This document shows, piece by piece, positions 36,937-47,100 of a stretch of 64,000 nt of DNA. Position 1 is the stretch's first letter; each line of letters opens with the position of its first letter. The notes beneath the pieces were generated by a model. That model worked only from the letters and a program-made list of their open reading frames with translations. It did no database searches and had not been told where the DNA came from. A program made the position numbers and the translations under genes. This DNA is from Burkholderiaceae bacterium (GTDB lineage Bacteria > Pseudomonadota > Gammaproteobacteria > Burkholderiales > Burkholderiaceae_C): positions 3,150 to 67,149 of the forward strand of contig DASYBU010000014.1 of the NCBI GenBank assembly GCA_036500605.1, in the 5' to 3' direction.

Positions 36937-37515
36937 TCAGAAGCCGAGAGACGCGAGCAAGTCGTCAACATCGTCCTGCTGCAAGGCCTTGTCGGGCGTC
37001 TGCACGCCGGCAAGAGCCTCTTGTGTGCCGGCTTCGGCAGCAGCATCAGTGGGCGCGGCAGTGGCAGCGGTTTCGCTCAGGAAGGTGCCCAGCGGCGCTT
37101 CGGCCTGCTGCAGCATCTTCACGACCTTGTTGATCACCTGGCCCGAGAGATCCTGGAAATCCTGCGCCTGCATGATCTCGGCGTGGATGTCCTTCTCGCG
37201 CTGGGCAAACGCCGCTGCGGTCGCGGCGTACGAAGCGCAGAGCTTGAGCATCGAGCGAGCGCGCTCCAGCGTCAGATCCTGCGACACCGCATGGCGTTGC
37301 AGCATCTCCGACAGATCCTCGCCCTGGCGGCGCACCTGTTCGGCGCCGTCGCGCGCGGTGTCCACGAGGTCCAGCACCTTGTTGGCCGCCTCCTCGGTCA
37401 TCTTGCGCACATAGCTCAGCCGCTCGCAGGAATCCGGCAACTCGGTGACAAGCTGCATCAGGGCCTGGGAGGTGGGCGAACCCGGGGCGGAAAATGGGAG
37501 CACGACGGCAGTCAT
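36937..37515 (-). CDS. cheZ: CheZ-family protein phosphatase (orphan)
   Basis: 192 aa. LSYVRKMTEEAANKVLDLVDTA and the catalytic-region motif AQDFQDLSGQVI correspond to the CheZ DFQDLTGQ signature as I recall it, and the C-terminus ends DDLLASLGF like the CheZ CheY-binding peptide. Confidence 0.7.
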   Translation of the reverse strand: MTAVVLPFSAPGSPTSQALMQLVTELPDSCERLSYVRKMTEEAANKVLDLVDTARDGAEQVRRQGEDLSEMLQRHAVSQDLTLERARSMLKLCASYAATAAAFAQREKDIHAEIMQAQDFQDLSGQVINKVVKMLQQAEAPLGTFLSETAATAAPTDAAAEAGTQEALAGVQTPDKALQQDDVDDLLASLGF

Positions 37516-37679
37516 GGCGGCATTTCGAGGGAGGTGTTTCGGGGCTGTTCACGATCATCGCCGAGACCGGATCGCGGCGTGTGTTGAATCCATGACGCTT
37601 GTCGCGACTAGCGTTTTTTGAGCGTGAAGAATGCCACGCTTCGGGCCACTTGTGAGCGACATGACGCTCAACTGACGCG

Positions 37680-38840
37680 TTAGTCAGAAACCCGATTTCG
37701 GCCGCCCTGCTTGGCCCGGTACATGGCCGCATCGGCCATGCCGACGAGCGTGTCGCTGGTGTCGCTGCCGGTCACGATGCCGCCGCGCAGACCCACGCTG
37801 ATCGTGACCAAAATCCGCTGCGCACCCCAGTGAATGGGCGCCGCCTCGACGGCCGCGCGCAGGGCTTCGGCCGCGGCCTTGGCGCCCGCCAGATCGGTCT
37901 CCGGCAGCACGGCCAGGAATTCCTCGCCGCCGAAGCGGCCGATCACATCCTGCGTGCGCAGGCGGGCGCGCAGCGTATGCGCCACCGCGCGCAACACCAC
38001 GTCGCCGGCCTGGTGGCCGTAGTTGTCGTTGATGCGCTTGAAATGATCGATGTCGAGCACCAGCACGCCCAGCATCTCGCCGTGGCGGCGCGCCCGCGCC
38101 ACGGCGCGTTCGAGCTCATCGGTGATGGCGCGGCGGTTCTCCAGCTCGGTCAGCGTGTCGCGCATGGCCAGCTCGTAGCTGCGGCGCTCGGCGCGTTCCA
38201 TCGTCATGTACACGAAGCCGAGTGCCGCGCTGACGACCGCACACATGGCGATCATGAACAGCCCTCCCTGATAGGGATTGCTGCTGCTGACCGAATCAAT
38301 ATGCAGCCAGCCCAGGCCGATGACGAGGCCGCGCGCCAGCAGCACCACCATCAGCATGGCAAAGGATGCGATCAGGATGTAGTGGCCGCGGCCGCGGATC
38401 GGGTAGGCCTTGTCGGTCAAGGCCTTCAGGACGAAGGCAAGCTGTATCGAAAACAGCAAGCCGACGATGGCCGAACGCAACGGAAAGTCATGGAGCAGCA
38501 GGCCGAACAGCAGCAGCGACAAGGGCACCGGGACCAGCACCTGCCAGAGCGTCTGCGGCGCGCCCTGGAAGCGGCGGATCGCCATCAGCATCAGCGCAAG
38601 CGACAAGGCATAACAGGCATTGCCGACGGCGATGACCACGAACAGCGGCAACTGGCCGCGAACCGCAAAGATCACATTGCTGAGCGCGTAGGCCATCAGC
38701 GCCGCCGCCCAGGGCCACAGTGGATCGCCGCGCGGCTTGCCCACCGCCATCACGCCGACCCAGAAAGCCATCACCAAGGCCACGACGGTGACGCAGATGA
38801 GGAGGGTCGGAACGTCCAGGTTCATGGTGCTGGCGCTCAA
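37680..38840 (-). CDS. Membrane-anchored diguanylate cyclase (MASE-like 6-8 TM domain plus GGDEF)
   Basis: I-site RTQD and an intact A-site GGEEF (RFGGEEFLAVLP); the N-terminal half is polytopic membrane. Confidence 0.85.
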   Translation of the reverse strand: MSASTMNLDVPTLLICVTVVALVMAFWVGVMAVGKPRGDPLWPWAAALMAYALSNVIFAVRGQLPLFVVIAVGNACYALSLALMLMAIRRFQGAPQTLWQVLVPVPLSLLLFGLLLHDFPLRSAIVGLLFSIQLAFVLKALTDKAYPIRGRGHYILIASFAMLMVVLLARGLVIGLGWLHIDSVSSSNPYQGGLFMIAMCAVVSAALGFVYMTMERAERRSYELAMRDTLTELENRRAITDELERAVARARRHGEMLGVLVLDIDHFKRINDNYGHQAGDVVLRAVAHTLRARLRTQDVIGRFGGEEFLAVLPETDLAGAKAAAEALRAAVEAAPIHWGAQRILVTISVGLRGGIVTGSDTSDTLVGMADAAMYRAKQGGRNRVSD

Positions 38841-38870
38841 TATAGCCGTCAGCCCCGCCGCAAAAATGGG

Positions 38871-39740
38871 CTAATTACCCAAGACAGCTTCCAGACGCCT
38901 GAGCGTCTCATTGTCGAGACGCCCGCTGGCCTGAGCCAGACTCAGTTGCCGCCGCGAGAGCTCGCGATAGAAGCCGCCGTGCTCGGGGCCCAGCGCGTCG
39001 AGCGCCTGCAGATGCCGCTGCACCACGCCCACGTCGCCGCGCGACAGTGCGCCCGACAGCGCGCCCGGCAGGCCTCGGTTCGCGGCGGATTCGAGCGTGC
39101 CTTGCGCCAAGGGCAGCAGCGCTTGCAAGGCCTGCTCGGGCGGCAGGCCGATCCGGGTCCAGATCTGCACGGCTTCATCGAGCATCGACAACAGAAAGCT
39201 GGCTGAGAAATTGGCCGCGGCGTGATAGGCCGCGCGTCCACCGGGCGGCAGCGTCATGGGCCGCATGGCCAGCAGGGCGGCCAGATCGAGCAGGCTCTGG
39301 CGCAGCGGCGCTTCGGCCTCGATCACGACGCTGCTGCCCGCGATCAGATCCGCGGCGCGCTCGGGGTCCGAAAAGATCTGCAAAGGATGGAAACCGCCCA
39401 CCGCGGCACCCCGGTCCGCAGCCGCGTCGAGCGCGCTCAGCTCGGTGGCGCCGCTGCAATGCACGGCCGCCTGGCCAACACGCCACGGCAGGCTCGCGGC
39501 CACGGCTTCGATCGCATCGTCGGGCACGGTCAGGAGCACCAGCTCGGCCTCGATAACGGCCTCGCTAACGGCCTCATCCAGCGTCATGGCACGACAGCCC
39601 GGCAAGCGGGCCGCCAGCGCTTGCGCATGGGCGAGGCTGCGGCTGGCAACGGCGACGGGCGGACGGCCGGCCGCGGCCAGCGCCAAGGCCAGGCTCTGGC
39701 CCAGGCGCCCGGCACCGATCAGGGCGATACGTGTATGCAT
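38871..39740 (-). CDS. Rossmann-fold NAD(P)-binding protein, DUF2520-like
   Basis: 289 aa from the ATG at 39740 (MHTRIALIGAGRLGQSLALALAAAG...). The track ORF 38871..40829 carries a roughly 360-codon antisense over-extension. Confidence 0.65.
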   Translation of the reverse strand: MHTRIALIGAGRLGQSLALALAAAGRPPVAVASRSLAHAQALAARLPGCRAMTLDEAVSEAVIEAELVLLTVPDDAIEAVAASLPWRVGQAAVHCSGATELSALDAAADRGAAVGGFHPLQIFSDPERAADLIAGSSVVIEAEAPLRQSLLDLAALLAMRPMTLPPGGRAAYHAAANFSASFLLSMLDEAVQIWTRIGLPPEQALQALLPLAQGTLESAANRGLPGALSGALSRGDVGVVQRHLQALDALGPEHGGFYRELSRRQLSLAQASGRLDNETLRRLEAVLGN

Positions 39741-39869
39741 GGCGCGATTGTGTCCGCTGGTGTTGCGTTTGATCCTCGCGGCCCAAATGAGGCGCTTGGC
39801 AGCGCGAGGCGACGAGCCTATAAGCACGCACGGGCCAGTCCCGACCCGCAGGAAAAGAAGGAGATCGAC

Positions 39870-40625
39870 ATGGCGGACAACAACGACGTCGAGAACGTCA
39901 GCAAGCGGCGCGGCTTCCTCAAGCAGGTCGTCAGCGCCACCAGCGCGATTCCCCTGGTGCCCGGTCTGGCCGGCGGCGCGGCGGCCACGGTCGCGCTCGG
40001 TGCGAATGCCGCCGACGCGGCCAAGCCCGCGGTCAATCAAGTGGTCGGCTATCTGTGCTTCAGCCAGGATGAAGCGGCCTTCGTCGAGACGATGGTGAAC
40101 ATCATGTGTCCGGCCGATCAGTACACGCCCAATGGCGTCGACTGTGGCCTGGCCATCTACATCGACCGCCAGCTGGCCGGTGATTTCGGCAAGGGCGCCA
40201 AGCGCTACAAGCAAGGGCCGTGGATGCAGGGCAAGCCGCAGCAGGGGCCGCAGTTGCCGCTGACGCCGGAGCAGTTCTTCAAGGCCGGCATTGAATCGAT
40301 CAACGCAGCATGTACGACGAAATACGGCAAGCCCTTCGACCAGATCGCGCCGACCGATGCGAACGCGCTGCTGACCGATCTCGCAGCCGGCAAGCTCAGC
40401 GACCCCAACCTCCCCTTGGCGAGCTGGTTCAACACGCTGATGTACCCGCTCTTCAACCAGGCCTGCTTTGCCGATCCCGTCTATGGCGGCAACTACGACA
40501 AGGTGTTCTGGAAGATGATCGGCTACCCCGGTCTGCCGGCCACGCACACCATCAACATGGTGCAGTACCGTGGCAAGCCCTTCCCCGGCGCGAAGGATCC
40601 GAAGTCCATCGCCGATTTCAGCTGA
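39870..40625 (+). CDS. Gluconate-2-dehydrogenase subunit-3 family small subunit (TAT-exported)
   Basis: MADNNDVENVSKRRGFLKQVVSATSAIPLVPGLAGGAAA is a twin-arginine signal. The ~250-aa length and the GNYDKVFWKMIGYPG C-terminal region are typical of this family. Confidence 0.75.
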   Translation: MADNNDVENVSKRRGFLKQVVSATSAIPLVPGLAGGAAATVALGANAADAAKPAVNQVVGYLCFSQDEAAFVETMVNIMCPADQYTPNGVDCGLAIYIDRQLAGDFGKGAKRYKQGPWMQGKPQQGPQLPLTPEQFFKAGIESINAACTTKYGKPFDQIAPTDANALLTDLAAGKLSDPNLPLASWFNTLMYPLFNQACFADPVYGGNYDKVFWKMIGYPGLPATHTINMVQYRGKPFPGAKDPKSIADFS

Positions 40626-40637
40626 ACGGAGGGCATC

Positions 40638-42401
40638 ATGATGATCAAGAAACTTCCGAACAAGACGGTCGTGATCGTCGGTGGCGGCTTGACCGCTGGC
40701 CTCGTGGCACGCCAGCTGACCAACAAGAACGTCGAGGTGCTGCTGCTTGAGCGCGGCACCGACCACACCGCCGGCGCCGAAGCCAAGCTGCCCACGCAGC
40801 GTGACGAGCTGCGCTGGGACACGCATCAAGGCCTCGTGCAGGACTGGTCCGTACAGACCTACACGCTGCGCTACAAGCGCGACGAGATGGCCTTACCAGT
40901 GCGCTGGATGGAAGCCTTCCTGCCCGGCGAGGGCATGGGCGGCGCGGCCAACCATTGGAACGGCCACACCTGGCGCTGGGCCGAGTACGACATGGAGCTC
41001 AAGTCGCACAACACCAAACGCTACGGCGCTGCGGCCATCCCGAAGGACATGCCGTTGCAGGACTGGGGCGTCACGTATGCGCAGCTGCGGCCCTATCACG
41101 AGCTGTTTGAAAAGCTCTTCGGCCTCGCCGGCAAGGCCGGCAACATCAACGGCACGATCCAGGCCGGCGGCAACCCCTTCGAGGCCCCGCGCGATGGCGA
41201 GTACCCGCAGAAGCCGCTCGAATTCACCGAGGCCGGCCTGACCTTCAAGGCCGTGGCAGAGGGCATGGGCTACAAGCCCTTCCCCACGCCGGCCGCCAAC
41301 TCGTCCGCGCCCTACACGAACCCGGACGGCCAGAAGCTTGGCCAATGCCAATACTGCGGCCACTGCGAGCGCTTCATCTGCGAAGCCAAGGCCAAGGCCT
41401 CGCCCGAGGTGCTGCTCTACCCGATGCTCAAGGAACGCAAGGGCTTCGAGATCCGCCTGCGCTGCCATGTGCTCGGGCTCATCTACGACAAGGCCGGCAA
41501 GAAGGTCAAGGGCGTGCATTACGTCGACCTGCGTACGGGCCAGGAGTACGAGCAACCGGCCGATGTGGTGATGCTCGGCGCCTTCACCATGACCAACACC
41601 AAGCTGTTGCTGCAGGCCAAGATCGGCAAGCCGTATGACCCGGTCAGCCGCACCGGCGTGGTCGGCAAGAACTTCTGTTATCAGATCAACGGCGGCCTGA
41701 GCATCTTCATGAAGGACAAGTGGTTCAACCCCTTCATGGCGACCGGCAGCACGCAGGTCTACATGGACGAGTTCAACAACGACAACTTCGACCACACGGG
41801 CCTGGGCTTCCTCGGCGGCGCGGGCATCAACTCGAGCATGTTCAGCGGCCGCCCGATCGGCAACCGCCGGCTGCCGCCGGGCACGCCGCGCTGGGGCACG
41901 GCCTGGAAGAAGGCCAATGCCGACTGGTACGCGCACTCGATGGCCGTCGGCATGCAGGGCAGTTGCTACCCGCACGTCGAGAACTTCCTCGACCTGGACC
42001 CGACCTATACCGACAGTTATGGCCAGCCGCTGGTCCGCATGAATTTCGACTGGCGCGAGAACGAGCTGAAGATGGCCAAGTTCATCGCGGGCAAGCAGAA
42101 CGAGATTGCCAAGCATTTCAACGCCGACATCGTGACCACGGCGGGTGGCCTGTCTGCGCCCTTCAACACCCAGGTTTACAACAGCACGCACATCACCGGT
42201 GGCACGATCATGGGCGCCGATCCGCACACCAGCGTCGTCTCCCCGCATCTGCAACACTGGGATGCGCACAACCTGTTCATCGTGGGCGCTTCCGTGTTTG
42301 CCCACAACTCCGGCTACAACCCGACCGGCCCGCTGGCCGCCCTGGCCCTGCGCCTGGGCGACGACATGGCCTCGTATGTCGAACGGCCTCGCATGCTTTA
42401 A
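40638..42401 (+). CDS. GMC-family FAD-dependent oxidoreductase (large flavoprotein dehydrogenase subunit)
   Basis: 587 aa with the N-terminal FAD fold VVIVGGGLTAGLVARQL...LLLERG and GMC C-terminal substrate-domain signatures. Confidence 0.88.
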   Translation: MMIKKLPNKTVVIVGGGLTAGLVARQLTNKNVEVLLLERGTDHTAGAEAKLPTQRDELRWDTHQGLVQDWSVQTYTLRYKRDEMALPVRWMEAFLPGEGMGGAANHWNGHTWRWAEYDMELKSHNTKRYGAAAIPKDMPLQDWGVTYAQLRPYHELFEKLFGLAGKAGNINGTIQAGGNPFEAPRDGEYPQKPLEFTEAGLTFKAVAEGMGYKPFPTPAANSSAPYTNPDGQKLGQCQYCGHCERFICEAKAKASPEVLLYPMLKERKGFEIRLRCHVLGLIYDKAGKKVKGVHYVDLRTGQEYEQPADVVMLGAFTMTNTKLLLQAKIGKPYDPVSRTGVVGKNFCYQINGGLSIFMKDKWFNPFMATGSTQVYMDEFNNDNFDHTGLGFLGGAGINSSMFSGRPIGNRRLPPGTPRWGTAWKKANADWYAHSMAVGMQGSCYPHVENFLDLDPTYTDSYGQPLVRMNFDWRENELKMAKFIAGKQNEIAKHFNADIVTTAGGLSAPFNTQVYNSTHITGGTIMGADPHTSVVSPHLQHWDAHNLFIVGASVFAHNSGYNPTGPLAALALRLGDDMASYVERPRML

Positions 42402-42411
42402 AGGAACCTCC

Positions 42412-42783
42412 ATGAAAAAGAACCTTCGATACCTCCTCGCCATCGGCGCCGCGCTCGCGCTGCAAAGCCTCAGCGCGCAGGCACAGGACGCCGTCGCCGG
42501 CAAGGCGGTCTTCTCGCAATGCGCGGCCTGCCACAGCACCGATGGCAGCAATGGTGCCGGGCCGACGCTCAAGGGCATCGTCGGCAGCAAGGCCGCCGAG
42601 GTGCCGGGCTTTCGCTTCAGCCGTGCGATGAAAAACTCGGCGATGGTGTGGGATGCGAAGGCGCTCGACGCCTACCTGACCGATCCGCAGAAGGCGCTCC
42701 CCGGCAATGTGATGCCCTTCTCCGGCATCACCGACGCCAAGCAGCGCGCCGATCTCATCGCCTATCTGGCTACGTTGAAGTAG
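42412..42783 (+). CDS. Monoheme c-type cytochrome (class I, about 123 aa with signal peptide)
   Basis: MKKNLRYLLAIGAALALQSLSAQA, then CAACH heme-binding and a distal Met in GNVMPFSG. Confidence 0.8.
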   Translation: MKKNLRYLLAIGAALALQSLSAQAQDAVAGKAVFSQCAACHSTDGSNGAGPTLKGIVGSKAAEVPGFRFSRAMKNSAMVWDAKALDAYLTDPQKALPGNVMPFSGITDAKQRADLIAYLATLK

Positions 42784-42827
42784 AGCGTTAGCACTTATGC
42801 TCGGGGCTCCACCCGCTGGAGCCTCCG

Positions 42828-43595
42828 ATGCGTCTTGTCCTTGCCGCCGCGCTGCTGGCGATTGCACCCCTGGCCGATGCCGATACGACAGCCACCAGTT
42901 GGCGCGTGCCGCCGCCGCGTCTGGCGCAGTACACCCACTTCACCAATCTGGAAGACAACGCCAGCATCGAGACGCCCTTCGTCCTCAAGTTCGGCCTGAC
43001 CGGCATGGGGCTGGCGCCGATCACCAAGGCGCAGGAACACACGGGCCATCACCACCTGCTGATCAACCGCGAGTTGCCGCTCGACTTCGACAAGCCGTTG
43101 CCTTTCAACGACCAGTACATCCACTTCGGCAAGGGCCAGATGGAGACGGTGCTGAAGCTCAAGCCCGGCAAATACACGCTGCGCCTCGTGCTGGCCGACA
43201 ACCGTCACGTGCCCGACTTCGTCTACAGCAAGCCGCTGCATGTAACGGTCACGAAGTTCCACTCCGAGATCAATCCCGACTCACTGAGCCACCCCGGCGT
43301 GCAGATCATGCTGCCCAAGACCGAGGCTCCCGTGAACGAAGCTCTCGAGGTCGAGTTCCACGCCTCCAAGACCAATGTCTCGCATATTGCGTTGAAGGAA
43401 CCGGGCACCGGCCACTTCAAGCTCACCGTGGCGGGCAGCGCGGGCACGCAGGTGATGGACATGACCGGCGGCGAAACCGAAGTCTGGATCGCGCCGCCCC
43501 GCGGCAGCTACACGCTCAAGCTCGACTTCATCGACAACGTGCATCCGGACAAGGTGCTGTACAGCGCGCAGCCGGCGGCAATCACGGTGAAGTGA
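42828..43595 (+). CDS. Secreted DUF4399-type tandem-domain protein
   Basis: Signal peptide followed by two ~110-aa repeats. The first carries HTGHHHLLINRELP; the second carries GTGHFKLTVAG. Confidence 0.55.
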   Translation: MRLVLAAALLAIAPLADADTTATSWRVPPPRLAQYTHFTNLEDNASIETPFVLKFGLTGMGLAPITKAQEHTGHHHLLINRELPLDFDKPLPFNDQYIHFGKGQMETVLKLKPGKYTLRLVLADNRHVPDFVYSKPLHVTVTKFHSEINPDSLSHPGVQIMLPKTEAPVNEALEVEFHASKTNVSHIALKEPGTGHFKLTVAGSAGTQVMDMTGGETEVWIAPPRGSYTLKLDFIDNVHPDKVLYSAQPAAITVK

Positions 43596-44058
43596 CCGGC
43601 AACGCCGTCTCATACTTCACCTCCCGCAGCACCACATCGCTGCGCACGCTCGCCACACCGGCGACCTTGAAGACCTTGGATTGCAGGAACTGGTCGTAAG
43701 CCTTCATGTCGGGCGCGACGACCTTGATCACGTAGTCGGCGGCGCCGGTCACGGCATGGCATTCGATGATCTCGGGGCTGACGCGGACCATCGCCTCGAA
43801 AGCCTCGACCGCGCCTTCGCCGTGACGCAGCAGGCTCACATGCGCGAGCACGCACAGCGAGAGCCCGAGCTTCTCGCGGTCGACGAGCGCCACATGGCGG
43901 CGGATCACGCCGCTGTCTTCGAGTTCCTTGACGCGCCGCCACACCGGCGTGGCCGACAGGCCCACCTGCTCGGCCAGCGCCTGCGTGCTCTGCCGGTTGT
44001 CCTCCTGGAGCGCCGCCAGGATCTGCCTTGTCGCGCGATCGAATGATTGATTTGCCAT
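43582..44058 (-). CDS. Lrp/AsnC-family transcriptional regulator
   Basis: 158 aa from MANQSFDRATRQILAALQEDNRQSTQALAEQVGLSATPVWRRVKELEDSGVI, divergent from the oxidoreductase gene. The track ORF is 5'-over-extended. Confidence 0.85.
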   Translation of the reverse strand: MANQSFDRATRQILAALQEDNRQSTQALAEQVGLSATPVWRRVKELEDSGVIRRHVALVDREKLGLSLCVLAHVSLLRHGEGAVEAFEAMVRVSPEIIECHAVTGAADYVIKVVAPDMKAYDQFLQSKVFKVAGVASVRSDVVLREVKYETALPVTSP

Positions 44059-44172
44059 TTCAGCCTCTTGTGAGTCAAATTCTCTCATCGAGCGCCTGAG
44101 GCAGGAGTAATTCGCAAACTTTTTCCGGCGCCCAGGCGTAAAAATCCGCGAGCCAAGATTTACGGAGACTGC

Positions 44173-47100
44173 ATGCTGCGCGACTACCAACTGAGTGACA
44201 ACCTCGCCGCCGAAACGGGTGCGGTGTTCCTCACCGGCACGCAAGCCCTGGTGCGGCTGCTGCTGGCGCAAAAGCGCGTGGACGAACGCGCCGGTCTCAA
44301 CACCGCGGGCTTCGTGAGCGGCTATCGCGGCTCGCCGCTCGGCATGGTCGACCAGCAGCTCTGGAAGGCCGAGAAATTCCTCGATGCCGCACGCGTCGAT
44401 TTCCTGCCTGCAATCAACGAAGACCTGGCCGCCACCGCCTGCCTGGGCGTGCAGCGCGTGGCGCTCGACCCCAAGCGCACGGCCGATGGCGTGTTTGCCA
44501 TGTGGTACGGCAAGGGTCCCGGCGTGGACCGCTCGGGCGATGCGCTCAAGCACGGCAATGTCTATGGAAGCTCGAAGTTAGGCGGCGTGCTGGTGGTCTG
44601 CGGTGACGACCACGGCTGTGTCTCCTCGAGCACGCCGCACCAGAGCGACCAGGCCCTGCAAGCCTGGAGCATGCCGCTCGTGCATCCGGGCAATGTGGCC
44701 GAGTACCTGGAGTTCGGCCTCTACGGCTGGGCGCTCTCGCGTTTCTCGGGCGCGTGGGTCGGCTTCAAGGCGATTTCGGAAGTGGTCGAGTCGGGCATGA
44801 CGGTCGATCTCGACGCCGTGCCGTTCGACTTCGAACTGCCGATCGACCACCAGCCGCCGACCGACCTGCACATCCGCTCGGTCGACCTGCCCTCGCTGGA
44901 GCTGGAATCGCGGCTCGCGCACAAGCTCGATGCGGTGTTGGCTTTTGCCAAGCTGAACTCGATCGACAAGCACATCGTGGTCAGTCCACGCGCCACCTTA
45001 GGCATCGTGACCGTGGGCAAGGCGCACTACGACTTCATGGAAGTGCTGCGCCGCCTCAACCTCGATCCGAACGCGCTGGCCGCGGCGGGTGTGCGCATCT
45101 ACAAGGTCGGCCTGGTGTTCCCGCTCGAGCCCACGCGCATTGCCGAGTTCGCGCAGGGCTTGACCGACATGCTGGTGATCGAAGAGAAGGGCCCTGTGGT
45201 CGAGCGCCAGATCAAGGAGCTGCTTTATCACCTGCCCGATGCCCAGCGCCCGCGCGTGGTTGGCAAGACCGATGAACGCGGCGCGCCGGTGCTTTCGGCA
45301 CTCGGCGAGCTGCGGCCCTCGCGCATCATGGGCACGGTGGCCGATTGGCTGGCGCGCCTGAACCCGGCGCTCGATCGCCGCCATCTGGTGGTGGACTTCC
45401 TCACGCCCGCATTGCTCTCCAACGCCGCCGATGCCGTGCGCCGCCAGCCCTACTTCTGCTCGGGCTGCCCGCACAACACCAGCACCAAGCTGCCCGAAGG
45501 CTCGCGCGCGCTGGCCGGCATCGGTTGCCACTTCATGGCGAGCTGGATGGAACGCGGCACCTCGGGGCTGATCCAGATGGGCGCCGAAGGCGTGGATTGG
45601 GCCTCGCATTCGCGCTTCACGACCGAGAAGCATGTGTTCCAGAACCTCGGCGACGGCACCTACTACCACTCCGGTTATCTAGCGATCCGCCAGGCCATCG
45701 CGGCCAAGACCAACATCACCTACAAGATCCTCTACAACGACGCGGTGGCAATGACCGGCGGCCAGCCGGTGGACGGCCAGACCAGCGTGCCGCAGATCGC
45801 GCGGCAGGTCGAGGCCGAGGGCGTCAAGCGCCTGGTCGTGGTGTCCGACGACATCGACAAGTACGAAGGCCACGAGGAGCTGTTCCCCGACGGCACGAGC
45901 TTCCATCCGCGCGGCGAACTCGACAAGGTGCAGCGCGAACTGCGCGAGATCGAAGGCGTGACCGTGCTGATCTACGACCAGACCTGCGCCGCCGAGAAGC
46001 GCCGCCGCCGCAAGAAGGGCGAGCTGGAAGATCCGCCCAAACGCATCTTCATCAACGAGGCCGTCTGCGAAGGCTGCGGCGATTGCGGGCAGGCCAGCAA
46101 CTGCCTGAGCGTGGTGCCGGTGGAGACCGACTTCGGCCGCAAGCGCACGATCGAGCAGAGCAGCTGCAACAAGGATTTCTCCTGCGTCAACGGCTTCTGC
46201 CCGAGCTTTGTGTCGGTGCACGGTGCGCAGCTCAAGAAGCGCGCCGGGGCCAGCTATTCGCCCGAGGATCTGGCCAGCGAGATGCGCCTGATTGGCGCGC
46301 CGAGCGAGTGGCAGTGGACTGGTCCTTTCGACCTGCTCGTGACCGGCGTGGGCGGCACCGGCGTGGTGACGGTCGGCGCGCTCGTCAGCATGGCCGCACA
46401 CTTGCAAGGCATGCAGGCCTCGGTGCTCGACTTCATGGGCTTCGCGCAGAAGGGCGGCGCGGTCTTGTCCTTCGTGCGCGTGGCGCCGACGCCGGACCTG
46501 CTCAACCAGGTGCGCATCGACACGCAGCAGGCCGATGTGCTGCTGGCCTGCGACATGGTGGTCGGCGCCTCCAGCGATGCGCTGGGCACCGTCAAGCCCG
46601 GCCGCACGGTGATCATCGCCAACACGCATGAACTGCCCACGGCCAGCTTCGTGCGCAACCCCGATGCCAGCCTGCATGCCGGCTCGCTGCTCGACAAGAT
46701 GCGCCATGCGGTGCAGGAAGACGCACTGCTGACCACGCTGGATGCGCAGGCCATTGCGAAAACGCTGATGGGCGACACCATGCCCAGCAACATCATCATG
46801 CTCGGCGCTTGCTGGCAGCGTGGGCTGATCCCGGTCACCGAAGCGGCGCTGATGCGCGCGATCGAGCTCAACGGCGTGGCCGTGGCCGGCAACAAGACCG
46901 CCTTCGCCCTGGGCCGCCTGGCGATCGCTGCGCCGGAGGCGCTGAAGCGCCTGGCCGGCGAGCTCCAGCCGACCGAGCCGCCCAAGGATCTTGACAGCCT
47001 GATCGCGCGCCGCGTCGCTCATCTGACCGCCTACCAGGATGCCGCTTACGCAGAGCGTTATGCAGCGCTGGTGGCACGTGTCCGCAAGGCGGAATCCTCG

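Noticed and set aside
38871-40829. 652-aa minus-strand ORF
   Set aside because: Only the 3' 289 codons, from the ATG at 39740, form a Rossmann/DUF2520 protein. The 5' part is antisense to the TAT small subunit and the GMC gene.
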